This document shows positions 1 through 10,737 of a stretch of DNA of 64,000 bases, one piece after another. The first letter of the stretch is position 1. The number at the start of each line of letters is the position of its first letter. The stretch spans positions 78,373-142,372 of the forward strand of contig DASCPX010000127.1 in the NCBI GenBank assembly GCA_036012755.1, read 5' to 3'. The translations under genes were made by a program, and so were the position numbers. This stretch comes from Myxococcota bacterium. Lineage in GTDB: Bacteria > Myxococcota_A > UBA796 > CAJQPC01. The notes below the pieces were generated by a model. The model was not told the origin of the DNA. It searched no databases and saw only the letters and a program-made list of their open reading frames with translations.

Positions 1-1
1 C

Positions 2-100
2 ATCGGGGAGATCGTGGCGGAGCCCGGCATCCGCATGGACGGCGCGGACTGGCCGAAGCCGGCGTGGACGCACTTCGACCAAGCCGGAGCGGCGCGATGA
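2..100 (+). CDS. thiL: 3' end of a gene truncated by the window edge, probably thiamine-monophosphate kinase
   Basis: Frame 2 reads IGEIVAEPGIRMDGADWPKPAWTHFDQAGAAR*. IG(E)I...W-x-H-F resembles the ThiL C-terminus. The TGA overlaps the next ATG (ATGA at 97-100). Confidence 0.5.
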   Translation: MGEIVAEPGIRMDGADWPKPAWTHFDQAGAAR

Positions 101-1359
101 CGCTCTCCCTGGTTCTGCTGGTGATCCTCATCCTGCTGTCCGGTTTCTTCTCCGGAAGCGAGACCGCGCTCTTCAGCCTCCAAGCCATCGACAGGGAGCG
201 CCTGAAGGAGGAAGGCGGAGCGGCGCTGACGGTGCTCCGACTGCTGGAGCACCCTCGCAGGACCCTCGCCTCGGTCCTCATGGGCAACGAGCTGGTCAAC
301 ATCAGCCTGTCCATCGTCTGCGCCGGACTGGTCATGTCGGTCTTCCCGGAGCGGCCTTACCTGAACCTGCTGGTCGCGACCCCGTTGCTCATCATCTTCG
401 GCGAGGTCACGCCCAAGACCCTCGCGCTGCGAAACAACCGGCGCTTCGCGATGTCCATCGCCCGACCCCTGGCGTTGTGGGCGCAGCTCATCACGCCGCT
501 GCGCTGGCTGCTCCAGTCCCTGGCCAACCTGGCGATCCGGGTGCTCGGCGGGAGCCAGGCCAGGTCAGAGGACCGGATCGAGGAGGAGGAGGTCCAGCGC
601 CTCATCGAAGAAGCCCACCAGGCCGGGCAGATCAACGCTCACGAGCACGAGCTCCTGCAGTCCGTGTTCGACTTCGGAGACATGTCCGTCGGGCGCCTCA
701 TGACCCCCGCTCCGGACATGGTGCGCTTCTCGGTCCACACCTCGTTCTCGCGCCTGGTCGAGCAGCTCGCGAAGCGCCGGTTCAGCCGCATCCCGATGTA
801 CGAGGGCACCCCCGACAACGTGGTCGGCATCCTGCTGGTGAAGGACCTGCTGGCCTACAAGGGCAAGACGCCGCCGTCGCCCAGCGAGCTCCGGAAGCAC
901 CTCAAGGGCGCCTGGTTCGTGCCCTCGAGCAAGCCGGCCGACGACATGCTCCGCGAGTTCCAGGGGCGCCGCGAGCACCTCGCGCTGGTCGTGGACGAGC
1001 ACGGTGGCATCGACGGGCTCATCACCCTCGACGACCTCCTCGACGAGCTCGTCGGCCCCAACCTCGACGTCCACGACGATCCGGAGATCAGCGTCGTCCA
1101 GCCAGGTCAGTGGACCGTCGCCGGGGGCATGGACCTCGAGGATCTCGCCGAGCTCACCGGGGTCTCCCTGCAGCGTGAGGAGGTCCACACCGTCGGAGGT
1201 TTCGTCATGGCCGAGCTGGGCGAGGTCCCCCGCGAAGGCCAGGAGCTCGCGCTGGAGGGCATCCGCATCGTGGTGAAGCAGATGGACGGCCGCCGCATCG
1301 CCGAGGTCGAGCTCTGGCGTCTCGGCACCCAGGGACAAGAGCAGGCGGCGGGCAAGTGA
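97..1359 (+). CDS. CNNM/HlyC/CorC family transporter (DUF21 + 2 CBS + CorC_HlyC)
   Basis: SGFFSGSETALFS, FGEVTPK, FSRIPMY, VVDEHGGIDGLITLDDLL and TVGGFV motifs. Start placed at ATG 97 because of the ATGA overlap. Confidence 0.92.
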   Translation: MTLSLVLLVILILLSGFFSGSETALFSLQAIDRERLKEEGGAALTVLRLLEHPRRTLASVLMGNELVNISLSIVCAGLVMSVFPERPYLNLLVATPLLIIFGEVTPKTLALRNNRRFAMSIARPLALWAQLITPLRWLLQSLANLAIRVLGGSQARSEDRIEEEEVQRLIEEAHQAGQINAHEHELLQSVFDFGDMSVGRLMTPAPDMVRFSVHTSFSRLVEQLAKRRFSRIPMYEGTPDNVVGILLVKDLLAYKGKTPPSPSELRKHLKGAWFVPSSKPADDMLREFQGRREHLALVVDEHGGIDGLITLDDLLDELVGPNLDVHDDPEISVVQPGQWTVAGGMDLEDLAELTGVSLQREEVHTVGGFVMAELGEVPREGQELALEGIRIVVKQMDGRRIAEVELWRLGTQGQEQAAGK

Positions 1360-2591
1360 GCATCGGCCTCGCCATCGGCATCGTCCTCTGCTGCCTGGTG
1401 TCGGAGGGCTTCTTCTCCGGCTCGGAGATCGCGGTGGTCAGCGCGGATCGACTCAAGCTGAAAGCCAAGACCGAGGAGGGCTCCCGGGGCGCCCGGACCG
1501 TGCTGGCCCTCCTGGAGCGCCCCGAGTTCCTCCTCGGGACCTGCCTGATGGGCACCAACCTCTCCACCGTCACGGCCTCTACCGCCGCCGCCGCCGCGCT
1601 GGTCACCGTATGGCCAGACGCCGGCCAGGTCGCGGCAGTCGCGCTGTTGTTCCCGCTCATCCTGCTCTTCGGCGAGCTCATCCCCAAGTCGCTGTTCCAG
1701 CACTACGCGGACCGCCTCGCGCCGCTGATCGGACCGCCCCTTCGCTTGTTCTCGATCCTGTTCTCGCCGGCCCTGTTCCTGATCGAGCGAGCCACGCGGC
1801 TCTTGTTCCAACTCACCGGCGGCGAGGGCGACATCCACCGCACCGCCAGCCGCGAGGACATCATCCTGCTCCTCGAAGCGAGCGACCAGGTGGCGATCGA
1901 CGAGGAGGATCGTGAGCTCATCCAGCGTGTCTTCGAGTTCGGTGAGGCCCGCGTGGAAGAGGTCATGGTGCCGCTGATCGAGGTCCAGTCCGTCAGCGAC
2001 GAGCTCACGGCGCGGGAGGCGATCGCGATGATGGTGGAGAGCGGACACTCCCGCATGCCGGTCTACGCCGAGCGGGTCGACAACGTCATCGGCATCGTCC
2101 ACCACCACGACCTGCTCTACCTGGAGAACCTCGACATCCCCGTGGCCGAGATCGCCAGCGCGCCGGTCTTCGTGCCAGAGAGCAAGCGCATCGAGAGCCT
2201 CTTCCACGAGTTCCAGAGGGACCGCATAGGCATCGCGGTCCCGGTCGACGAGTACGGCGGAGCGGTCGGGCTGATCACGGTCGAGGACATCCTCGAAGAG
2301 ATCGTGGGGGACATCGCGGACGAGCACGACGACGACGAGGCCCTCGTCGTGCAGCTACAGGACCGCGTCTGGCTCGCGAGCGCGCGCATCGAGGCGGACG
2401 CCCTCGAGGAGGCCACCGGCTTCGAGATCCCAGAGGGCGACTACGAGACCCTGGCGGGCTTCGTGCTGCGAAGGCTGGGCCGGGTGCCGGTGAAGGGAGC
2501 GCAGGTGCGTGAGGGTCTCTTCCGCCTGGTCGTCACCGAAGCCAGCGACCGGGCGGTCCTCGAGGTGCGGATAGAGCGCATCGGCGGATAG
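1356..2591 (+). CDS. Second CNNM/HlyC/CorC family transporter
   Basis: GFFSGSEIA, FGELIPKS, GHSRMPVY, VDEYGGAVGLITVEDILEEIVGDI and YETLAGF motifs. GTGA overlap with the upstream paralogue. Confidence 0.92.
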   Translation: MSIGLAIGIVLCCLVSEGFFSGSEIAVVSADRLKLKAKTEEGSRGARTVLALLERPEFLLGTCLMGTNLSTVTASTAAAAALVTVWPDAGQVAAVALLFPLILLFGELIPKSLFQHYADRLAPLIGPPLRLFSILFSPALFLIERATRLLFQLTGGEGDIHRTASREDIILLLEASDQVAIDEEDRELIQRVFEFGEARVEEVMVPLIEVQSVSDELTAREAIAMMVESGHSRMPVYAERVDNVIGIVHHHDLLYLENLDIPVAEIASAPVFVPESKRIESLFHEFQRDRIGIAVPVDEYGGAVGLITVEDILEEIVGDIADEHDDDEALVVQLQDRVWLASARIEADALEEATGFEIPEGDYETLAGFVLRRLGRVPVKGAQVREGLFRLVVTEASDRAVLEVRIERIGG

Positions 2592-2599
2592 GAGCCCCA

Positions 2600-3751
2600 A
2601 TGCGCGCCATCGTCCTCCAAGCTGACTGGGCCCCACGCGAGGGCTTCACCCCGAGCGCCGCGGAGCTCGCGGCGAGAAAGGCCACCGGCTCCGCCGTCTG
2701 GAGGAACCCGCGCTTTGTAGCCACGACGCTGGAGGACCCCACGCCGGGGCCGACCGAGGTCGTCGTCGAGGTGCGGGCCTGCGGGGTCTGCGGCTCCGAC
2801 ACCCACTGCTACGAGACCGACGACGAGGGCTACATCATCTTCTCCGGTCCGGTCTCGCTCCCGGTGGTGCCAGGGCACGAGTACACGGGTGAGATCGTCG
2901 CGGTGGGCTCGGAGGTCCGCGCGCTGCGCGTGGGGGACCTCGTCGCCGCTGAGGGCATGCTCAACTGCGGGGTCTGCGAGTCCTGCCGGGTGGGAAGACC
3001 CAACCAGTGCCCGCACCTCGAGATGGTCGGCTTCTCCGCGCCGGGCGCCTACGCCGGGTACATCGCTGTGCAGGAGCGCTTCTGCTGGAAGCTCGACGGC
3101 CTCGCCGAACACTACGGCGACGCCGAGGCCGCCTTGCAGATCGGCGCCCTCGTGGAGCCAATCGCCTGCTCGTACAACGGCATCTACGTCGCTGGGAGGG
3201 GGCTGCGCCCGGGAGACCACGTGGTCGTACACGGCGCGGGGCCGATCGGTCTCGGCGCGATCGCCCTCGCTCGGGCGGGCGGAGCGGCCAGCATCACAGC
3301 CTTCGACATCGCCCCGGAACGCGTGGCGCTGGCAAGGGCATGTGGCGCAGACACCGCCTGGGATCCGCGCGAGGTCGACACCGCCGAGGTGGTGCGAGAG
3401 GCCACGCGCGGCTGGGGCGCGGACATCCAGGTCGAGGCCGCGGGCGCCGCACTCCACACGATGCCGTCCATCGAGGACAGCTTCGCGCCTGGTGGCCAGA
3501 TGATCTACCTCGGGCGCACCGGTGAACGAGCGCCCGTCATGCTGGATGTCCTGGTCACCGGGGCTGCCTCGATCACGGGCTCGCGCGGCCACGTGGGCGG
3601 GGGCTGCTTCCCGCGGGTGATTCGACTGCTCGAGCGCGGGCTCCTCGTCGCCGATCCCATGATCACCAGTCGCGTACCCTTCTCGGACTTCATGGAGGCG
3701 CTGCGGCGGTCCTGCCTGCGCACGGACGGCAAGATCATGCTCGTCTACTGA
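2600..3751 (+). CDS. iolM: Zn-dependent MDR dehydrogenase, scyllo-inosose 3-dehydrogenase (IolM)-like
   Basis: CGVCGSD, GHE, CxxCxxC-x7-C and GAGPIG motifs. The long N-terminus (WAPREGF...GSAVWRNP), TDDEGYI and GSRGHVGGGCFPRVI match Thermotoga IolM as I recall it. Confidence 0.7.
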   Translation: MRAIVLQADWAPREGFTPSAAELAARKATGSAVWRNPRFVATTLEDPTPGPTEVVVEVRACGVCGSDTHCYETDDEGYIIFSGPVSLPVVPGHEYTGEIVAVGSEVRALRVGDLVAAEGMLNCGVCESCRVGRPNQCPHLEMVGFSAPGAYAGYIAVQERFCWKLDGLAEHYGDAEAALQIGALVEPIACSYNGIYVAGRGLRPGDHVVVHGAGPIGLGAIALARAGGAASITAFDIAPERVALARACGADTAWDPREVDTAEVVREATRGWGADIQVEAAGAALHTMPSIEDSFAPGGQMIYLGRTGERAPVMLDVLVTGAASITGSRGHVGGGCFPRVIRLLERGLLVADPMITSRVPFSDFMEALRRSCLRTDGKIMLVY

Positions 3752-3829
3752 CTACCCGGTCGCTTTTTCCCAATCAGGGGTAATGCGCGGGCGTGGAGGG
3801 TCCGTTGTCTAGAGCAGACGGAGGACTCG

Positions 3830-4300
3830 ATGTTCACGCTATCCGCCCACCGGCTCGGCCCGGAGGCCCCCATCCCCGATGAACTCCCCGAGTCCTCGCT
3901 CGAGTTCATCGACGGCGTGGACCACGGCATGGAGCTGCCCAGGTGCGTGCTGAGCGACCACGTCAACCTCCATGGGTGGCGCGAACACCGCGACGCCCTC
4001 GCGGGCCCCGCCTTCGATCCTGTCCACCTCTACCTCCGCAGCACAATCCCGACCGGGGCGATTCGCGGCGAGGAGGAGTGCGTCGCCGCCATCATCAAGG
4101 CGCGGCACGACCTCGCCTTCTGGAGCCCGATGGTCGGACATGGCCTCGGCGGCAGCTTCAGCGGCCACATGCGGGACCTCTACGACGACATCGATCTGCT
4201 CGAGCGCTTCCCGCCTCGGCGCCCCATCCTGCGGGCCCACTGGGAGCAAGCTCGCGCTACCCTGATCGACGCCCTTCCCGCCGCGCACAAGGCCGCCTGA
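3830..4300 (+). CDS. Hypothetical protein (156 aa)
   Basis: GGAGG SD upstream, GC3-biased codons, fills the gap between genes. No family recognised. Confidence 0.7.
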   Translation: MFTLSAHRLGPEAPIPDELPESSLEFIDGVDHGMELPRCVLSDHVNLHGWREHRDALAGPAFDPVHLYLRSTIPTGAIRGEEECVAAIIKARHDLAFWSPMVGHGLGGSFSGHMRDLYDDIDLLERFPPRRPILRAHWEQARATLIDALPAAHKAA

Positions 4301-4326
4301 GATCAGTCTCCAGGGGGGGGCACGCG

Positions 4327-4356
4327 TTGACGCCCGAAGCCGTCGCGTGGTACCTC
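4327..4356 (+). promoter_or_regulatory. Candidate sigma70-type promoter for the Hsp70 gene
   Basis: TTGACG at 4327-4332, 18-nt spacer, then TGG-TACCTC. The -10 element is imperfect. Confidence 0.3.
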
Positions 4357-4386
4357 TCCCTGAGTTTCCAGTATCCGAGGAAGGCG

Positions 4387-6169
<1,783 letters not shown>

Positions 6170-6183
<14 letters not shown>

Positions 6184-6994
6184 GCCTGGCGCCGTCCTCT
6201 CGGACGGCATCGTCATCGTCCTCGTACACCCACTCCATCCCGGCAACGTCGGTGCCGTCGCGCGGGCGATGGCCAACCTCGGCCTGTCCCGCCTCGTCCT
6301 CGTCGATCCGCCATGCTTCGACATGGAGAGGGCTCGCTGGATGTCCTCTGGTGGCCGCGACATCTTGGAGTCCGCTCGCTTCGTCTCCACGGTCGAGGAG
6401 GCGGTCGAGGGCTGCACGTGGGCGGTCGGCGCCACCTCTCGCAAGCGCCGCTGGCAGTGGCCCGTGCTGACCCCCAGGACACTCGCGAGCGCTGCCTTCG
6501 AGCGCGACGGGCCCCTAGCTCTGCTCTTCGGACGCGAGGACCACGGCCTGGACAACGAGTCACTGACCTGGTGCCAGGCGGCCCTGCGCATCCCGACCTC
6601 GGGCGAGCCCAGCCTGAACCTGGCCCAGGCCGTGCTGATGACCTGCTCCGCCCTCTTCAACGCTGCCGTGGACCGGGGTCTCGAGCCAGAGGACAGCGTC
6701 GTGCGACAAGGGAGACGCTCGGGAGGCGGGCCGCTCTCTTCCGTGCCCCTGCCACCGCAGCCCAAGGGGGATCTGCGGGTGCAGCGGCATGTCGTCGACA
6801 CCGCCGTCGAGCTCCTCTCGGAGACGCCCTATCTGCTCGGGCGCAACCCAGAGCAGGTCACCATCACGCTCGGTCAGCTGCTCGGGCGCGTGGAGCCCAC
6901 CAAGGTCGAGCTCGAGATCCTGCTGGGGATGCTCAAGAAGACCCGGTGGGCGCTGTCCTCAGTCGCGACGGCGGAGGGCGAGGAACCCGAGTAG
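6170..6994 (+). CDS. trmJ: TrmJ/LasT-family SPOUT tRNA/rRNA methyltransferase
   Basis: PGNVGAVARAMANLG, LLFGREDHGL and SLNLAQAV motifs. Confidence 0.85.
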
Positions 6995-8248
6995 GGCCAG
7001 GCCCAGGGCCGGGGCGACAGGCACGCCACAGCCGTTTCGAGGCTCGGCGGGCTGATCCCAGTCGGTACCACCAGGGTCGTCGGTGCCCGGATCAGTGCCT
7101 GGGTCCGTGCCTCCGTCCTCGCAGGTGCCGGGGTCGGTGGCCCAGCCCAGCCCACAGTTCGGGAAGCGATCCTCTAGCTGGCGGTCGTACTCGATGTACC
7201 GGATCTGCGTGGTGCTGTAGAGCCCGCTGGCGTAGAACACGAGGTCCTGGTCGACCGCCTCGGGCCCGTAGCGCATGTGGATGCGGGAGAAGTACGCGTC
7301 CCACGCTTCACCCTCCCAGCCGAGCGCCTGGACGTCCTCGTCGGCGAGGGGGTCGTCGGCGCAGGGGTCACAGCCGCTCGCTGTCCAGCCGTACTCCAGC
7401 GCCCAGCCCGGACGCTCGGCGGTGGCCAGCGCGTTCTTGAAGCGGTCGTCGACGAAGGCGCCGAGGCTGTCCCACTCGCCGAGATCGACCATGCAGCCGG
7501 TCTCCACCTCGACCTCCGGGTAGTTCGAGATGTGGGTCTGGCCGGAGTCCGACAGCATGTAGAGGATCAGGTCCTGCTCGCCGCCGGAGTTGAGCGTGCC
7601 GAGACGAATCGGGAGGCTGAAGACGTCGCTGTCGTAGCCGAACTGGAGCGGAGAGAGGTAGCTGGCTCCCTCGGGCACGTTCGCCAGGTTCACCTTGGCC
7701 GCGAAGAACTTCGAGCCCGAGGCGAGGTACTCGCCCAGCAGGTCCTCCGCTTCGGTGCCGACCCCGTAGCCGTTGTCGTTGAGCCAGGTGATGAGCGCCG
7801 CGCTCTCCTCTGCGGAGAGGATGACGATGTCGTACTCGCCGACCGAGAACTCGGCCTCGACCGTGACGCTGTCGTCAGCGTTGCCGCCACCTCCACCCTC
7901 GGAGGTCAATCCGCTGTCCATGGCCTCGGCGTCGTACTCCCACTGGAAGTCCTCGCACTCGTAGCGCACCAGCCGCGGAGCCGAGTAGGCGTCCACCCTG
8001 GTGACGACATCGGGCTCGACCACCGCGACGTCTTCTGCGCCAAGGACCTCCGGAACAGGCACCACGATGGCGAACTCCGAGGCGTCTCCCTCGAAGTCGT
8101 TGACCAGGGTCAGCGTCGTACGCGTACCCTGCCGGGCCACGGCGATCTGGCTCGCGTTGTTGTAGAGATCCGCGCCGACCTGGCCCACATAGGTGCCACA
8201 GAAGGCCTGCGCGTCGTTCGCTCCGAGGAGCGAAAGGGTGAGCAGCAT
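6959..8248 (-). CDS. DUF2330-domain secreted protein with MYXO-CTERM-like tail
   Basis: AQA|FCG signal, FAIVVPVP, YSAPRLV, VGEYDIVILSA, LPIRLG. C-terminus GCG...LALLGFLALRRRD. ATG 8248 has a GAGGAG SD. Confidence 0.85.
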   Translation of the reverse strand: MLLTLSLLGANDAQAFCGTYVGQVGADLYNNASQIAVARQGTRTTLTLVNDFEGDASEFAIVVPVPEVLGAEDVAVVEPDVVTRVDAYSAPRLVRYECEDFQWEYDAEAMDSGLTSEGGGGGNADDSVTVEAEFSVGEYDIVILSAEESAALITWLNDNGYGVGTEAEDLLGEYLASGSKFFAAKVNLANVPEGASYLSPLQFGYDSDVFSLPIRLGTLNSGGEQDLILYMLSDSGQTHISNYPEVEVETGCMVDLGEWDSLGAFVDDRFKNALATAERPGWALEYGWTASGCDPCADDPLADEDVQALGWEGEAWDAYFSRIHMRYGPEAVDQDLVFYASGLYSTTQIRYIEYDRQLEDRFPNCGLGWATDPGTCEDGGTDPGTDPGTDDPGGTDWDQPAEPRNGCGVPVAPALGLALLGFLALRRRD

Positions 8249-8321
8249 GATGGACTCCTCACGCCCTGCGAACGCGAGGGTAGCGGCAACGCGCACGCCG
8301 AGCAAGCGGTATGCTCATGGC

Positions 8322-9701
8322 GTGCTGACGTCGGTCCTGTTGGCCTGTGGGAATGACGAGCCGCCAGCCCAGGCCAGGCCGGACATCCTCGTGGTCGTGA
8401 TGGACACGGTACGAGCAGACCACCTCGGGGCATACGGCAGCGACAACGCGACCCCGATCTTCGACGCCTTCGCACAGAGCGCGGTCGTCTTCGAGGACGT
8501 CACGGGCTCCAGCTGGACCTGGCCGTCGCACGCATCCCTGTTCACGGGGGAGCCGCCGTGGGTCCACGGCGCCCACTTCACCGACGCAGAGGGGATCGAC
8601 CTCGCGGAGGGCTGGCTCCACGTGAGCCCGATGCGAGCGGACCTCCCCACCCTCGCCGAGCGCCTGACCGCGGCGGGCTACCGCACCGTGGCGCTCTCCG
8701 GGAACAAGCTGCTCAGCCCGGAGTTCGGCCTCACGCGAGGCTTCGAGACGGTCGAGGTCTTCTACAACCGCGATGACAAGGTGCTCCAGCGCGCCAACGC
8801 AGTCCTCGGCGAGGAGGACCCCCGACCCCTGTTGTTGTTCGTGAACCTCTACGCCGCGCACGCACCCTGGGAGGCCCGCCAGGACACCCAGTACCTGCGC
8901 GAGGAGTTGGCCGGAGCCGAGTGGGCCCACCCCTGGGTCGTCCAAGACATGGCGATCGCTCCTCACATGGGCCGCGGAGGCAGCGGTGGCGACCTCGCGG
9001 AGATGTGGCTGAACGGCGAGCTGGAGATCCCTCCGGAGGGCTGGGACCTCGTCAACCAGCTCTACGACGGCGAGGTCCGGCACGTCGACCGCGAGCTCGG
9101 CGCCCTCCTGGGCAGCTGGGCGGGCACGGGCCACACGGGCGTCGTCGCCGTGACGAGCGACCACGGCGAGTACCTCTCCGAGCGAGACATGATCCTCCAC
9201 TGCCGGACGCTCTACCCGGAGGTCACGCGAGTCCCCCTGGCGCTCCGAGCTCAGCCGGAGCTGCCCGCGGCGCTGCGGGTCTCCATGCCCGTGAACCTGC
9301 GCGAGCTGCACGACGCCCTGTTGTTGCTCGCCGGAGTGGAAGACCGGAGCCGGCTCATCGCGAGCGTCCACGGTGAGGCCCGACCCGAGCCGATCACAGC
9401 GCGCGCCTGGAGGGACCGCACCTGGGCCGAGCACATCGGCGGCGTCTACGCGCAGGGCTACAGGCTCTTCCGGGACCAGGACGACGTCCTGATCCTGGCC
9501 GATGACGGCACCGCCGAGCTCTACGACCTGGGCTCCGATCCGGGCATGGGCGCCGACCTCGCGGCGGAGCTTCCCCATCGCGTGACGCGCCTGGCGACAG
9601 AAGCAACGGGCGCTTTCCCGGAGAGCGAGACGGGCCTGCTCCAGGTCGACGAAGCGACCAGGAAGCAGCTGCAACAGATGGGCTACCTCTCGGAGGAGTA
9701 G
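8322..9701 (+). CDS. Sulfatase-family lipoprotein
   Basis: VVMDTVRADHL, SWTWPSHASLFTG, YDGEV, TSDHGE and ELYDLGSDP motifs. LLAC lipobox after GTG 8322. Confidence 0.85.
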   Translation: MLTSVLLACGNDEPPAQARPDILVVVMDTVRADHLGAYGSDNATPIFDAFAQSAVVFEDVTGSSWTWPSHASLFTGEPPWVHGAHFTDAEGIDLAEGWLHVSPMRADLPTLAERLTAAGYRTVALSGNKLLSPEFGLTRGFETVEVFYNRDDKVLQRANAVLGEEDPRPLLLFVNLYAAHAPWEARQDTQYLREELAGAEWAHPWVVQDMAIAPHMGRGGSGGDLAEMWLNGELEIPPEGWDLVNQLYDGEVRHVDRELGALLGSWAGTGHTGVVAVTSDHGEYLSERDMILHCRTLYPEVTRVPLALRAQPELPAALRVSMPVNLRELHDALLLLAGVEDRSRLIASVHGEARPEPITARAWRDRTWAEHIGGVYAQGYRLFRDQDDVLILADDGTAELYDLGSDPGMGADLAAELPHRVTRLATEATGAFPESETGLLQVDEATRKQLQQMGYLSEE

Positions 9702-9702
9702 G

Positions 9703-10235
9703 TCAGCCGACCCAGCCGTCGAAGGTTGCCTGGGCGGTGAGCAGCTCGCGGTCGATCGCCTCCGTGTCGCAGTCCTCGAAGGCGGGGAGCAGCAGCTGGC
9801 GGAGCTCGGCGTTGCCCCCGGCGAGTTGGCGACTCATGCCCGCGATGAGGACGCGCCGGAAGATGTCGCCGGCGTCACCGACATCTCGCATCAGGGAGTC
9901 GAAGCGGTCCCGGGACAGCACGAGCACCCGGGCCTCGCCCTCGGCCACGCAGGAAGCGCTCCTGAGCCCGCCGCCAGCGAGCGTCATGTGACCGAGCATC
10001 GCGGGCGCACGGATCCGCGCCAGGTGGCGCTCGGCGCCCGAGAGATCGGACTTCTTCACCGCGATGCAGCCCTCACCAGGACCCACATCTCGCCGCCTTC
10101 ATCGCCCTCTGAGCAGAGGGCCTCGCCAGGGGCGAAGCCGCGTCCGGGCAGCGCGTCGAGGATCTCGGCGAGGTGACTTGCACCCCCGGAGTCCACGCCT
10201 CGCTGGTCAAGCAGGGCCCGAGCCGTCTCGATCAT
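9703..10235 (-). pseudogene. cNMP-binding (Crp-type) domain protein split by a 1-nt deletion near 10075
   Basis: MIETARA...FAPGEALCSEGDEGGEMWVLV continues in another frame as EGCIAVKK...LGHMTL...RSASCVA. GTG GAG appears as GTGAG. May be an assembly error. Confidence 0.75.
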
Positions 10236-10728
10236 CGAATGGACTCCAGGATTGCGGCCTTCAGATCCTCCGGATCCTCGGCGTGCTCCTCCCACATGGA
10301 CCGGAGGTTCGCGTTGGTGCGACGGATGCGCTCCGCCAGCACGCGCACGGTGTGGGCCTGCATCGCGGCGAGCACCCGAGTGCCGCGAGCGTTGGTGAGG
10401 AGCTGCTGCGTGATGACCAGGACCTTCGTGGGCTCGACCGCGAGGACCTTGACCGTGTGGAGCGCGCCAGTGTCGAAGAAGGCTGCCTCTCCCGCGACCT
10501 CACCGACACCGTCCGCCCCACCTCGCGAGTCTCGGTGGCACCGACGACGTGGACCGACAGGCTGCCGCGCACCACGAGGAGTCCCGAGAAGGCCCAGCTA
10601 CCAGGCTCGAAGACGATCGCCCCGGCGCTGTACTCGCGCCCGTAGCCGTGCTCGATGAGGCGTTCGAGGTCTTCGACGGGCACGCCCTGCATGGGCTCGA
10701 GGGTCTGGAGTTCGGCGACGGTGACCAC
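10232..10728 (-). pseudogene. cNMP-binding domain protein split by a 1-nt deletion near 10511
   Basis: REYSAGAIVFEPG...VVRGSLSV...EVGR continues in another frame as GVGEVAGEAAFF...ILESIR*, ending in an ATGA overlap with the next gene. Confidence 0.75.
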
Positions 10729-10737
10729 GGCCCGATC

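Noticed and set aside
4313..4320. G8 run upstream of the Hsp70 promoter as a phase-variation tract
   Set aside because: Short, outside the -35/-10 spacer and unremarkable at this GC content.
10060..10520. Programmed ribosomal frameshifting in the cNMP genes
   Set aside because: No slippery heptamer or homopolymer run at either site. Simple base loss is more parsimonious.
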